Part shown: one piece after another, positions 39,675 to 52,806 of the stretch
Layout of the letters: the number at the start of each line of letters is the position of its first letter
Position numbering within the stretch: the first letter of the stretch is position 1
From: Alphaproteobacteria bacterium
GTDB taxonomy: Bacteria; Pseudomonadota; Alphaproteobacteria; SHVV01
Assembly: GCA_965261735.1 (NCBI GenBank)
Contig: OZ253470.1
Span: 1,344,001-1,408,000, forward strand
Direction: 5' to 3'
Length of the DNA stretch: 64,000 nt
Position numbers and translations under genes: made by a program
The notes under the pieces: model-generated
Database searches by the model: none
Seen by the model: the letters and a program-made list of their open reading frames with translations, nothing else
Told to the model about the DNA's origin: nothing

Positions 39675-40543
39675 CTAGAGGAGCTCGGCCAGCGTGCTGC
39701 CGATCGCCGCGGGTGATTCGGCCACGATCATGCCAGCCGAGCGCATGGCCTCGATCTTGGCCTCGGCGCCACCCTCGCCACCCGAGATGATCGCACCGGC
39801 GTGGCCCATGCGCCGGCCCGGCGGCGCCGTAAGGCCGGCTATGAACCCGACGGTCGGCTTCTTGATCTTGCTCGCCTTGAGAAAGGCGGCCGCCTCCTCC
39901 TCGGCCGCACCGCCGATCTCGCCGATCATGATGATCGCTTCGGTCTCGTCGTCGCCGAGGAAGAGCTCGAGGCAATCGATGAAGCTGGTGCCGCTGACGG
40001 GATCGCCGCCAATGCCGATGCAGGTCGTCTGGCCGAGGCCCGCGGCCGTGGTCTGGCCCACCGCTTCGTAGGTGAGCGTGCCCGAACGCGACACGATGCC
40101 GACACGGCCGCGGGTGTGAATGTGCCCTGGCATGATGCCGATCTTGCATTCGCCGGGCGTGATAACCCCCGGACAGTTGGCGCCGATGAGGCGCGAGCCC
40201 GAGCCTTGAAGCGCGCGTTTGACCCCCACCATGTCGAGCACCGGGATGCCCTCGGTGATGCAGACGATCAGGCTCACGCCGGCATCGATCGCCTCGTGGA
40301 TGGCGTCGGCGGCGAACGTGGGCGGCACGTAGATCACGGAGGCGTCGGCACCGGTCGCGGCCACCGCCTCGTCGACCGTATCGAAGACCGGCAGGTCGAG
40401 ATGGACGCTGCCGCCCTTGCCCGGCGTCACGCCGCCCATCATGCGCGTCCCGTAGGCGATGGCCTGCTCGGAATGGAACGTGCCCTGGGCGCCGGTGAAG
40501 CCCTGACAGATGACCTTCGTCGCCGAGCCCACGAGAACCGACA

Positions 40544-40544
<1 letters not shown>
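39675..40544 (-). CDS. sucD: Succinyl-CoA synthetase alpha subunit
   Basis: [29 protein letters not shown]. Confidence 0.97.
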
Positions 40545-41713
<1,169 letters not shown>

Positions 41714-41869
41714 GGTGCCCGGGCCGCCGCTTCAGCTCCGTCGTGCTTCGTCATGGCGCTTCAGCCCCGCCGCCCAAAAGAGTTTCACGAAAAACGCGCC
41801 GCGGTTGCGCGCGGCCTCCAACACCGTGATGCCAGTCAGCTATTAAGATCGGGTTCGCGCAGCCCTGCT

Positions 41870-42979
<1,110 letters not shown>

Positions 42980-43058
42980 CTAGCGCGTTTCACGGCCCGC
43001 CGCAAGGACGGCCCGGAGCGAGCGGCGGGCGGAGGCGGAGCCGGTGCCGGCCAGGCGC

Positions 43059-43407
43059 TCAGCGTCGCCGGGCGACGAGCCGGTTGTAGAGCCAGGCGAT
43101 CAGCGCGCCGCCGATGAGCCCGCCGACGAACGCCCAGACAGCGCCGCTGACGGCACCGACGAAGCTCGGCTCGTAGCCGATGTAGAGCGAGGACAGCACC
43201 TGCACGACGAGGATGCCCCAGCCGAACAGTCCGGCGCCGATGCCGATGACGAACACGGTAAGCGCGGAGACGATACCGAGCGCCAGGCCGAAACTGGTGA
43301 CCGCGAGTTCGGCCCGCGGCGCGACGCGGCGCGCGCGCCGGCTCCTCTATGGTCTCCCTATTGGGCTCGGCGCTCTCGGCCGGCCCGCGGTGCTCGCTCT
43401 CGCTCAC
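43059..43407 (-). CDS. Small two-TM membrane protein (holin-like annotation class), probably frameshifted in the (GC)n run at ~43329-43339
   Basis: ELAVTSFGLALGIVS...SSLYIGYEPSFVGAVSGAVWAFVGGLIGGALIAWLYNRL has no upstream start in its own frame; adding 2 nt joins it to the GTG at 43407. Confidence 0.55.
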
Positions 43408-43565
43408 GCGTCCCCCCTGGTGCCGCCGCGCGCTTTCGGGCGGCGGCAGTTTAGGGACTTGCGCGCAGGCGCGCCAACGATTATGTGCGGGATGACCCGA
43501 GCGGCCCCGTCGTGGGTCCGGTCGGCTGCGCTACCCGTGCACCCCCATCAAAGCGGAAAACAGCC

Positions 43566-45443
43566 ATGGCGGAGGAAAAACGCAACTTCGAGGCCGAGGT
43601 CAGCAAGCTCCTGCAGATCGTCGCCAACGCGCTCTACAGCGAGAAGGAGATTTTTCTGCGCGAGCTCATCTCCAACGCGTCCGACGCCTGCGACCGGCTG
43701 CGCTACGCCGCCCTTACCGAGCCCGAGCTCGCCGACGACGACGCCCGCTTTCGCATCACGCTCGCGCTCGACCGCAAGGGGCGCACGCTCAGTGTCGCCG
43801 ACAACGGCGTCGGTATGAACCGCGAGGAACTGGTCACCAACCTCGGCACGATCGCGCGCTCTGGCACGACCGCGTTCCTCGAACAGCTATCCGACGATGC
43901 GCCCAAGGATCTGAGCCTGATCGGGCAGTTCGGCGTCGGCTTTTATTCGGCCTTCATCGTCGCCGACGAGGTTGTGGTGACGAGCCGCAAGGCCGGCGAC
44001 CCGCACGCCTGGAGTTGGCGCTCGGATGGCGCCGGGGAGTTCACCGTGGCAGACGCCGAGCGCGCCGAGCGCGGGACCACCGTCACGCTGCATTTGAAGA
44101 AAGGGGAGGACGAGTTCCTCGATCCGGAGCGCTTGCGCACCATCGTCAAGACCTACTCCGATCACATCGCCCTGCCGATCGAGCTCGCCACCGACGGCGC
44201 CGAGGGGCCCGAAACCCTCAATACCGCCTCGGCCCTGTGGACGCGCCCCAAGAAGGACATCACGCCCGAGCAGTACAAGGAATTCTACCACCACGTCGGG
44301 CACGCGTTCGACGACCCGTGGCTCACGGTGCACGCCCGGGCCGAGGGCCGCATCGAATATGCCATGCTCCTGTTCGTGCCCTCGGCGCGCCCCTTCGACC
44401 TCTTCGATCCGGCGCGCAAGCCCAGGGTCAAGCTATACGTCAAGCGCGTCTTCATCTCCGACGACAGCGAGGACCTAGTACCGCCGTACTTGCGCTTCGT
44501 GCGCGGCATCGTCGATTCCGAGGACCTGCCGCTCAACATCAGCCGCGAGATGCTGCAAAACAACCCGGTGGTGCGCGCCATGCGCAAGGCGCTGACCAAG
44601 CGGGTGCTGGGCGAGCTGCAGAAGAAGGCGGACAAGGCGCCTGAAGATTACGCCACCTTCTGGAACAATTTCGGCGCCGTCCTCAAGGAGGGGATCTACG
44701 AAGACGCCGAGCACAGGGACACCTTCCTCAAGCTCGCCCGCTTCCACACGACACGCTCCGGCGACGGGCTCGCCTCGCTCGCCGACTATGCCTCGCGCCT
44801 GCGAGAGGGCCAGGACGCCATTTACTACATCACCGGCAACGAGATCGGGCCGCTGCGCCAAAGCCCGCAGCTCGAGGGGTTTGCCGCCAAGGAGGTCGAA
44901 GTCCTGCTGCTGACCGATCCGGTGGATGAGTTCTGGGTCGGTCACGTCGGTGAGTACGAGGGCAAGCCCTTCAAGTCGGTCACCCGTGGTGGCGCCGATC
45001 TCGGCACGATCAAGGCCGGTGAGGCCGCGGAGCCGGAGGCGGAGACCGCTGCGCCGGCAAGCGAGCTCGACACGCTGATCGCCCTGCTCAAGCTCAACCT
45101 CGGCGAAAAGGTGAAGGACGTGCGGCCCTCCGACCGGCTCACCGACAGCGCCGTCTGCCTCATTGCCGACGAGGGCGACCTCGACATGCACCTCGAGCGC
45201 CTGCTGAAGCAGCACAACCAGGAGATCCCGACTGCGCGCCGCATTCTCGAGATCAACCCGCGCCACCGGCTCATCAGGGCGCTGGCGGAATCGGCGATGA
45301 AAGCGGGTGCAGCGGATGCGCTCGCCGATGCGTCCGAGCTCCTGCTGGATCAAGCGCGAATCATCGAGGGCGAGCCGCTACCCGATCCCGGTGCCTTCTC
45401 GCGCCGCCTGACCGACGTCATGACCAGGGGTCTCGCGGTCTAG
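43566..45443 (+). CDS. htpG: Chaperone Hsp90
   Basis: LYSEKEIFLRELISNASDA, IGQFGVGFYS, DLPLNISRE. Confidence 0.97.
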   Translation: MAEEKRNFEAEVSKLLQIVANALYSEKEIFLRELISNASDACDRLRYAALTEPELADDDARFRITLALDRKGRTLSVADNGVGMNREELVTNLGTIARSGTTAFLEQLSDDAPKDLSLIGQFGVGFYSAFIVADEVVVTSRKAGDPHAWSWRSDGAGEFTVADAERAERGTTVTLHLKKGEDEFLDPERLRTIVKTYSDHIALPIELATDGAEGPETLNTASALWTRPKKDITPEQYKEFYHHVGHAFDDPWLTVHARAEGRIEYAMLLFVPSARPFDLFDPARKPRVKLYVKRVFISDDSEDLVPPYLRFVRGIVDSEDLPLNISREMLQNNPVVRAMRKALTKRVLGELQKKADKAPEDYATFWNNFGAVLKEGIYEDAEHRDTFLKLARFHTTRSGDGLASLADYASRLREGQDAIYYITGNEIGPLRQSPQLEGFAAKEVEVLLLTDPVDEFWVGHVGEYEGKPFKSVTRGGADLGTIKAGEAAEPEAETAAPASELDTLIALLKLNLGEKVKDVRPSDRLTDSAVCLIADEGDLDMHLERLLKQHNQEIPTARRILEINPRHRLIRALAESAMKAGAADALADASELLLDQARIIEGEPLPDPGAFSRRLTDVMTRGLAV

Positions 45444-45460
45444 CGCGAAAGAGAAAGGCG

Positions 45461-46627
45461 CTACCCGGCCGGGAGTGCTGCCGCCGGAGCCGTGTGTGGG
45501 TCGGCGTCCTGCGCGACGTTGTGTTTGGGTTCGAGGGCGGGGCTGCCGTCCATGAACACGCAGTGACCGCGCGAGCCCCGAGACTGAGCTTTCGCTCGGT
45601 ACATTTGCTGGTCCGCCGTCTTGATGAGATCGTCGATCCCGACGGGCTCCGCCGGATCGTAGATGGCGATACCCATGCTGAGCGACACGCCGATGCGGCT
45701 GGCGTCAAAGCCCTCGGCGATCCTTTGGGCGATCAGGGGAGCTTGGGCCGCATTGGTGCGCGGCATGATGAGGTAGAACTCATCGCCACCGTAGCGGCAG
45801 GCAATGTCGGTCGCTCGGGACGCCTGGCGAACGGCGGTCGAGACTTCCATAAGCACCTCGTCCCCCGCCTGGTGACCACGTGAGTCATTGACCAGCTTGA
45901 AGCCGTTGAGGTCGATGTAAAGAAGGCCCAGCGGTTCGCTCGAGCGCTCCGCGGCACCGCACTCACGGCGCAGGTGCTCGTAAAACGACCTCTGGTTGGC
46001 GATGCCGGTCAGTGGATCCAGGCGTGACAGCTCGGCGAGCTCGCGGGTGCGCTCCGCGACCTGCTCCTCGAGGCTCAACGCGTAGCGCTCGACTTCGTAT
46101 TTCGCCACCTCCAGCTCCGCGACCAGGCTCGCGATGTAGGTATCGAACACGAGCTGAATGTCGAACATGAAGAGCTTCTGCAGCGCGACGCGGCGCTCGG
46201 CGGCGTAGGCGCCGGCGCCGTCTACTTCGGATTCCAGCTCGCGTTCGAGCAGGGACTGCAGGATCCGCAGCGCCGTCGTGTAGAGCTTGGGCGAGACGCC
46301 GATGCGCTTGTGCACCTTGCCGACACGCAATCGCTTGTTCACGTAGTCGGCGTCGTAGGTGCCGCCGAATATCTCCAATATGTAGGCGCGCATGGCCCGC
46401 TTGAGCCGCGACAGGGTCTCGGTATCGCCAATGACAAGAGCGATTTCCGGTGTCTCCGTCTGTATTTCGTAAAATTCCTCGACGATGTGATCGATCCTGC
46501 CGTGAATATGGGCCTTGCACGAAAACAGCAGCTGGGTGTCGTCCTCGGTGATCCCGAGGAGGCGCTTTCGCTCCTCGATCTCGAACTTGCTCATTCGCAT
46601 CTGCTGGGCGAGCGTCTGATGCGCCAC
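45461..46627 (-). CDS. Globin-coupled diguanylate cyclase (protoglobin plus GGDEF, DosC-like)
   Basis: Globin region with RVGKVHKRIG proximal His; DPLTG, DLNGFKLVND, RATD I-site, RYGGDEF; start uncertain (46600-46720). Confidence 0.88.
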   Translation of the reverse strand: MAHQTLAQQMRMSKFEIEERKRLLGITEDDTQLLFSCKAHIHGRIDHIVEEFYEIQTETPEIALVIGDTETLSRLKRAMRAYILEIFGGTYDADYVNKRLRVGKVHKRIGVSPKLYTTALRILQSLLERELESEVDGAGAYAAERRVALQKLFMFDIQLVFDTYIASLVAELEVAKYEVERYALSLEEQVAERTRELAELSRLDPLTGIANQRSFYEHLRRECGAAERSSEPLGLLYIDLNGFKLVNDSRGHQAGDEVLMEVSTAVRQASRATDIACRYGGDEFYLIMPRTNAAQAPLIAQRIAEGFDASRIGVSLSMGIAIYDPAEPVGIDDLIKTADQQMYRAKAQSRGSRGHCVFMDGSPALEPKHNVAQDADPHTAPAAALPAG

Positions 46628-46925
46628 CCTTAGCGACGCCGAGCGACTGAGACCCGGTTCATGGCCGGCGATGTTGGGCACGAATGGACATCCTTGTTCG
46701 GCGCCCAAACGGCGCGGCACCGGTACGCGGAGAGAAGGCCCCCCGGACGAGCCGGAGACTCCTCGGAAAAGGTAGTCTCAGTCCATTGTTAAAGGGTGAA
46801 GGGCGATCCGGGGCGGGCGCCGGGCCGACGGCTCGGCGATAGGGCCCGCGGGCCGCCGATCGCCGGCCGGCACCGCTCGCTCCTCCGCGCTGAAAGTCGA
46901 GGCGCGCGCCTCGGCGCGATCGCGC

Positions 46926-47666
46926 TTAGTTGGTGGGGACGATGTCCATGCGCGCGGCGCCGATGACCGGGCCGAGCCGGTCGCGCTGCACGACCACGGC
47001 ACAGCCGTCACGCCCGCCCGCCGCGAGGTCGGAGAGCGCGAGTGGAATGTCCATCGCGGCGCCGCGCCAGGTGCCGATGTCGCGCACCTCGCGCACGACG
47101 TTGGTGTAGGTGAGCTCCTTGCCGGCATTCTCGCCGCGTCCGATCGCCACCTGCTGGCGGCTGTCATAGCGGAACAGCCACACCGTGGCCGGCCCGCTCT
47201 CGCCACCTGCCGCGGCGCCGACGTGCGCGATCACGGTGCCATCTTCATCGGTGTCGAGCGACACCTCGACGGGGTTGGGCGCGCGGTGCTTGTCGCTCAG
47301 CATCGCCCATTCGACGCCATACCTGTTCGAGCCGACCACGTGCACGGTGCCGCCGATCACCATCTGCGGCGTATAGACGCGGCCCCCGCGCATGGTGCGG
47401 CCATAGTTGCGCTGACGGCTCGTCGTCACGTCCGTGGCGAAGGTGTCCTTCCAGCCGAGATAGTCCCAATAGTTGACGTGCAGGCTGAGCGCGACCACGT
47501 CGTCGCGCGCGGCAATGTCGCCGAGCATCTCGTCGGCGGGCGGGCAACTGTTGCAGCCCTGCGAGGTATAGAGCTCGACGACCGTGACCGGGCCGCCGGC
47601 GTGAGCCGCGCCGGACGCAGCCAGCGCGAACGCCACGGCGAAGAGGAGTGGGGACAGCCGTTTCAT
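46926..47666 (-). CDS. DUF1223 thioredoxin-like exported protein
   Basis: VVELYTSQGCNSCPPAD, HVNYWDYLGWKD, VYTPQMVI, GENAG. Confidence 0.9.
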   Translation of the reverse strand: MKRLSPLLFAVAFALAASGAAHAGGPVTVVELYTSQGCNSCPPADEMLGDIAARDDVVALSLHVNYWDYLGWKDTFATDVTTSRQRNYGRTMRGGRVYTPQMVIGGTVHVVGSNRYGVEWAMLSDKHRAPNPVEVSLDTDEDGTVIAHVGAAAGGESGPATVWLFRYDSRQQVAIGRGENAGKELTYTNVVREVRDIGTWRGAAMDIPLALSDLAAGGRDGCAVVVQRDRLGPVIGAARMDIVPTN

Positions 47667-47738
47667 GCTCCCTCTATAGCGCCGCCCGGGGCTGGCTACG
47701 AATCACGTCTCGGTGAGACCCACGTGACGCACCCCGCC

Positions 47739-50432
47739 TCAGGCCGCGCGCGCGAGCTGGCGCAACACGTAGTGGAGGATTCCTCCGTTGGTGTAATACT
47801 CGACCTCGTCAACCGTATCGATGCGGCAGAGCAGGCTGATCTCGCGCGTCTTGCCTTTGCCGCCCGTGATTCGACAGGCGACATCCATACCCGGAGTAAT
47901 CCCTGCCGCGAGGCCAGTGATGTCGAAGGTCTCGCTGCCGTCGAGGCGCAGGCGCTTGCGGTCCATGCCGTCCTTAAACGTGAGCGGCAGTACTCCCATG
48001 CCGACGAGGTTGGAGCGGTGGATGCGCTCGAAGCTCTCTGCGATCACGGCCTTGACCCCGAGAAGTCCGGTCCCCTTGGCGGCCCAGTCGCGCGATGAAC
48101 CGGTGCCGTACTCACGCCCGGCGACCACCACGAGCGGCGCCCCGCGGCGCCGGTACTCCATCGCCGCGTCGTAGATCGACATCGGCTTGTCCTCGGGCAT
48201 CAGCCGGGTGACGCCCCCCTCGGTGCCGGGCACCATTTCGTTGCGCAGCCGGACGTTGGCGAAGGTACCGCGCATCATCAGCTCGTGATTGCCGCGCCGC
48301 GAGCCGTAGGAATTGAAGTTGCGCTGGTCGACGCCGTGTCCCGCGAGATAAGAGCCGGCGGGCCCGTCGCGGCTGATCGAGCCGGCGGGCGAGATATGGT
48401 CGGTCGTGATGCTGTCGCCGAGCAGCGCGAGCACGCGCGCGCCCTTGATGTCGCCGATGGGCGCCGGTTTGCCGCTCATGTCCTGGAAATAGGGCGGCTC
48501 CTTGACGTAGGTCGAGCGCGGATCCCATGCGTAGGTTCGGCTCTTCGGCGTCTTGATGCGGCCCCAATCGCTGTCGCCGCCGAACACGTCCGCGTACTGC
48601 TTGCGGAACAGCGCCGCCGACATGCTCTTGCGCAAGGCCTCGCCGATTTCCTTGCTCGTGGGCCAGATGTCCTTGAGGAAGACGGGCCGACCCTTGCGGT
48701 CGGCGCAGATGGGATCGCGCGCAAGGTCGATCAGCATCGAGCCGGCGAGCGCGTAGGCCACGACCAGGGGCGGCGAGGCGAGATAATTGGCTTTGATGTC
48801 GGGGCTGATGCGGCCCTCGAAATTGCGGTTGCCGGACAGCACCGCGCAGGCGACGAGGTCGTTGTCGCGGATGGCGCCGGCGATGGGCTCGGCGAGCGGT
48901 CCCGAATTGCCGATGCAGGTCGTGCACCCGTAGCCGACGAGGTTGAAGCCGAGGGCATCGAAGTGCTTCTGCAGCCCGGCCTTGGCGAGATAATCGCTGA
49001 CCACCTTGGAGCCCGGCGCGAGCGAGGTCTTGACCCACGGCTTGACGCGGAGCCCGCGCGCGACGGCGTTGCGGGCGAGCAGCCCGGCGCCGAGCATCAC
49101 CGAGGGGTTCGAGGTGTTGGTGCAGCTCGTGATGGCGGCGATCACGACGTCGCCGTGGCCGAGGTCGTGCGAGCTGCCGGCAATGGCGACCCGGCGGTGC
49201 GGGCTGCCGGTTGTCGCGAATTCCTCCTTGAGCGCCGCCGCGAAGGCCGGGGCGGCGCGCGACAGCGGAACCCGGTCCTGCGGGCGCTTGGGCCCCGCGA
49301 GGCTCGGCTCGACGGTGCCGAGGTCGAGTTCGAGGGTGTCGGTGAACACCGGATCGGGTGTCCGGCGCCCGCGCCACATACCCTGGCGCTTGGCGTAGGC
49401 CTCGACGAGCGCGACCGCGGCCGGCTTGCGGCCCGTGGCCTTGAGGTAGGCGATGGTCTCGGCGTCGATGGGAAAGAAGCCGCAGGTGGCGCCATACTCC
49501 GGCGCCATGTTGGCGATCGTCGCGCGATCGGCGAGCGAAAGCTGGTCGAGCCCGTGGCCGTAGAACTCGACGAACTTACCGACCACGCCCTTCTTGCGCA
49601 GCATTTGGGTCACGGTCAGAACGACGTCGGTCGCGGTGGTGCCCTCGCGCGGCCACCCGCTGAGCTTGAAGCCGACGACCTCGGGGACCAGCATCGAGAT
49701 CGGCTGGCCCAGCATCGCCGCCTCGGCCTCGATGCCACCGACACCCCAGCCGAGTACCGCGAGGCCGTTGACCATGGTGGTGTGGCTATCGGTGCCGACG
49801 AGGGTGTCGGGGTAGGCGAGCCGACCGCGCCCCGATTTGGCGGTCCACACGACCTGGGCCAGGTATTCGAGGTTGACCTGGTGGCAGATGCCGGTGCCGG
49901 GCGGCACGACCCGGAAATTGTCGAACGCCGTCTGCCCCCAGCGCAAAAAGGCATAGCGCTCGTGGTTGCGCTCGTACTCGAGCTTGACGTTGGCCTTGAA
50001 GGCGCGCCCGCTGCCGTAATTATCGACCATCACGGAATGGTCGATAACGAGGTCGACCGCCGTCAGTGGGTTGATCGCGTTGGGGTCGGCGCCGAGCTTG
50101 GCCATGGCCCCGCGCATGGCGGCCAGGTCGACGACCGCCGGCACGCCGGTGAAATCCTGCATCAGCACCCGCGCGGGGCGATAGGCGATCTCGCGGTCGA
50201 TCTTGCGGCGCTTCAGCCATCTCGCGAGCGCCTTGATGTCGGCCACTGTCACGGAGCGCCCGTCCTCGTGGCGCAACAGGTTCTCGAGCAGCACCTTGAG
50301 CGAGTACGGCAGCCGCGAGAGGTCCCCGAGCCCAGCCTTTTCGGCCGCCTTGAGACTGAAATAGTCGTAGGCCCGGCCGCCCACGGTGAGGCGGCGGCGG
50401 GTCTTCAAGCTGTCGAGACCGGGGGCTGTCAC
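47739..50432 (-). CDS. acnA: Aconitate hydratase A
   Basis: [47 protein letters not shown]; GTG start after AAGGAG. Confidence 0.97.
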   Translation of the reverse strand: MTAPGLDSLKTRRRLTVGGRAYDYFSLKAAEKAGLGDLSRLPYSLKVLLENLLRHEDGRSVTVADIKALARWLKRRKIDREIAYRPARVLMQDFTGVPAVVDLAAMRGAMAKLGADPNAINPLTAVDLVIDHSVMVDNYGSGRAFKANVKLEYERNHERYAFLRWGQTAFDNFRVVPPGTGICHQVNLEYLAQVVWTAKSGRGRLAYPDTLVGTDSHTTMVNGLAVLGWGVGGIEAEAAMLGQPISMLVPEVVGFKLSGWPREGTTATDVVLTVTQMLRKKGVVGKFVEFYGHGLDQLSLADRATIANMAPEYGATCGFFPIDAETIAYLKATGRKPAAVALVEAYAKRQGMWRGRRTPDPVFTDTLELDLGTVEPSLAGPKRPQDRVPLSRAAPAFAAALKEEFATTGSPHRRVAIAGSSHDLGHGDVVIAAITSCTNTSNPSVMLGAGLLARNAVARGLRVKPWVKTSLAPGSKVVSDYLAKAGLQKHFDALGFNLVGYGCTTCIGNSGPLAEPIAGAIRDNDLVACAVLSGNRNFEGRISPDIKANYLASPPLVVAYALAGSMLIDLARDPICADRKGRPVFLKDIWPTSKEIGEALRKSMSAALFRKQYADVFGGDSDWGRIKTPKSRTYAWDPRSTYVKEPPYFQDMSGKPAPIGDIKGARVLALLGDSITTDHISPAGSISRDGPAGSYLAGHGVDQRNFNSYGSRRGNHELMMRGTFANVRLRNEMVPGTEGGVTRLMPEDKPMSIYDAAMEYRRRGAPLVVVAGREYGTGSSRDWAAKGTGLLGVKAVIAESFERIHRSNLVGMGVLPLTFKDGMDRKRLRLDGSETFDITGLAAGITPGMDVACRITGGKGKTREISLLCRIDTVDEVEYYTNGGILHYVLRQLARAA

Positions 50433-50565
50433 GGCGTTGCTCCTTCGCGAGGGCGGGCGGGGGGCGGCGGCGAGGCGGCGCGGCGCTAAGTGTGGTTGCA
50501 TGGTGCCCAGAATTCAACCGACATTGCGCCGGCGCGGGCGTCCGCGCCACGAGGGGGATCCAGGT

Positions 50566-51330
50566 ATGGCAGTCAGCGTCGAGAACAACGGTCCCGTCAC
50601 CACCGTCATCATCGACCGACCCGAGATCAGAAACGCGGTTGGCCGTGCCGACGCCGATGCCCTCGCCCAGGCCTTCCGCGCCTTCGACCGGGACGAATCG
50701 GCGAGCGTCGCGGTACTGACGGGCGCCGCTGGCACCTTCTGCTCCGGCGCCGACCTCAAGGCCATCGCCGGCGGCGGCACGGTCAACCGCATCGCTGCAG
50801 ACGGCGATGGCCCGATGGGCCCCTCGCGCATGCGGCTGAGCAAGCCGGTCATCGCCGCCATCGCCGGCTACGCGGTAGCCGGCGGGCTCGAGCTCGCGCT
50901 GTGGTGCGATCTGCGTATCGCCGAGAAGAGCGCGGTCCTTGGCGTCTTCAACCGGCGCTACGGCATTCCGCTCGTCGACGGCGGCACGGTTCGCCTGCCG
51001 CGGCTCATCGGCATGAGCCGCGCCCTCGATCTCATCCTTACCGGCCGCGCCGTGGGCGCCGAGGAGGCGGCGTCCTTCGGCCTCGTCAACCGGGTGGTCG
51101 CCGACGGCACGGTACGCATCGAGGCCGAGGCCCTGGCGGCCGAGCTCAGCGCGCTGCCGCAGGTCTGCCTGAGGTCGGACCGCGCGGCGGCCTACGAGCA
51201 AGGGGGGCTGCCGCTCGACGCTGCGCTCGCCGCCGAGTTTCGTCACGGCGTTGGGACTCTCGATTACGGTTGGGTCGAGGGAGCCAAGGCCTTCGTGGCC
51301 GGCGGCGACAAGGCCGACGCGAACGACTGA
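50566..51330 (+). CDS. Crotonase / enoyl-CoA hydratase family protein
   Basis: FCSGADLK, AGGLELALWCD, PLVDGGTVRLPRLIG. Confidence 0.92.
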   Translation: MAVSVENNGPVTTVIIDRPEIRNAVGRADADALAQAFRAFDRDESASVAVLTGAAGTFCSGADLKAIAGGGTVNRIAADGDGPMGPSRMRLSKPVIAAIAGYAVAGGLELALWCDLRIAEKSAVLGVFNRRYGIPLVDGGTVRLPRLIGMSRALDLILTGRAVGAEEAASFGLVNRVVADGTVRIEAEALAAELSALPQVCLRSDRAAAYEQGGLPLDAALAAEFRHGVGTLDYGWVEGAKAFVAGGDKADAND

Positions 51331-51397
51331 GCGCGTGCCTCGGCGCGGCGGCGGATGCTATACCGCCGCAGGGGCGAACGGCTCGGGGCGAGGCGGC

Positions 51398-52051
51398 ATG
51401 GCGTTCGAGGGGCGGGGGCTGGCATGCGTGCGTGGCGAGCGCACCGTCTTCGACCACGTCGATTTCCTCCTCGACAACGGCGCGGCCTTGGTGCTCAGGG
51501 GCCCCAACGGCAGCGGCAAGTCGAGCCTGCTGCGTCTCGCCGCCGGGCTGTTGCCGACGGCCGCGGGCGCGCTCCTGTGGGACGGCGCGCCCATCGCCGG
51601 GGCGCCCGAAGCCCACCGGGCGCGGCTCACCTATGTCGGCCACCTCGACGCCGTGAAGCCCGCGTTTACGGTGGTCGAGAACCTGTCCTTCTGGGCCGCC
51701 ATGTCGTTGCACGCGAGCGCCACCGATGAGGCCCTCGCCGACGCACTCTCGCGCTTCGCGCTTCAAGGGCTCGCCGACATCCCGGCGCGGCTCCTCTCGG
51801 CGGGCGAGCGCCGCCGCGTCGCCCTCGCCCGGCTCGCCCTGTCCGACGCGCCGCTGTGGCTGCTCGACGAGCCCACCGCCGCGCTCGATGCCGCCGGCAG
51901 CGCCGCGCTCAACGCGCTGATGGTGCACCACCTCGCCCGCCGCGGCCTGATCATCGTCGCGACCCACGTCGATCTCGGCCTCGCCGAGGCCACTACCCTC
52001 GACCTCGGAGCCGGAGCCGGGGCCGGCCGGGCCGGGGGGAGCGCGCCATGA
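51398..52051 (+). CDS. ccmA: Heme exporter ATPase
   Basis: GPNGSGKS, LSAGERRR, LLDEP; first gene of the ccm cluster. Confidence 0.93.
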   Translation: MAFEGRGLACVRGERTVFDHVDFLLDNGAALVLRGPNGSGKSSLLRLAAGLLPTAAGALLWDGAPIAGAPEAHRARLTYVGHLDAVKPAFTVVENLSFWAAMSLHASATDEALADALSRFALQGLADIPARLLSAGERRRVALARLALSDAPLWLLDEPTAALDAAGSAALNALMVHHLARRGLIIVATHVDLGLAEATTLDLGAGAGAGRAGGSAP

Positions 52052-52713
52052 GGCTCTTCCTCCTCATCGTGCGGCGCGACGTTGCGCTCGCGGTCCGCCA
52101 GGGCGGCGCCAGCCCGCTCGCGATCGCCTTCTTCATCCTCATCGTGACTCTGTTTCCGCTCGGCGTCGGACCCGAGAGCGCGACGCTCGCGCGCGTGGCC
52201 GCCGGGCTCGTCTGGGTGGCGGCGCTGCTGGCGACCATGCTGTCGCTCGACCGGCTGTTCCAGGCCGACCTCGAGGACGGGACCCTCGATCTGCTGGTGC
52301 TGGCGCCGCTACCGCTCGGCGCGACCGTGATCGCCAAATGCACGGCCCACTGGCTCGCGACCGGGGTCCCGCTCATCGTCGCCGCCCCCATTCTCGCGCT
52401 GTTTCTCAACATGGACGCCGCCGGGCTCGGCACCATGGCGCTGGCGATGCTGCTGGGGACGCCGACCCTGAGCCTGATCGGCGGCATCGGTGCGGCGTTG
52501 ACGGCGGGCCTGCGCCGGGGCGGGGTGTTGTTGCCGCTGCTCGTGCTGCCGCTCACCATTCCGGTGCTCATCTTTGGCGTGGGTGCCGTCGATGCGGCCA
52601 TTTTGGGCCTCACGCCGCGCCCCCATTTGTTGATCCTCGCGGCCGAGCTCCTCGGCGCCATCGTGTTGGCGCCGTGGGCGAGCGCCGCCGCCCTTAGGCT
52701 CAACTACGAATGA
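52048..52713 (+). CDS. ccmB: Heme exporter permease
   Basis: LFPLGVGP, LDRLFQADLEDGTL, LVLPLTIPVLIFG. Confidence 0.95.
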   Translation: MRLFLLIVRRDVALAVRQGGASPLAIAFFILIVTLFPLGVGPESATLARVAAGLVWVAALLATMLSLDRLFQADLEDGTLDLLVLAPLPLGATVIAKCTAHWLATGVPLIVAAPILALFLNMDAAGLGTMALAMLLGTPTLSLIGGIGAALTAGLRRGGVLLPLLVLPLTIPVLIFGVGAVDAAILGLTPRPHLLILAAELLGAIVLAPWASAAALRLNYE

Positions 52714-52806
52714 GGGCCGATCACGGCGCGTCACAATCGCGCGACGGGGGGCAGCCGCGGCGCCGCGAGTTGCGCCGGCCGCGCCTGAGGCGCTATATCA
52801 ACGGCC

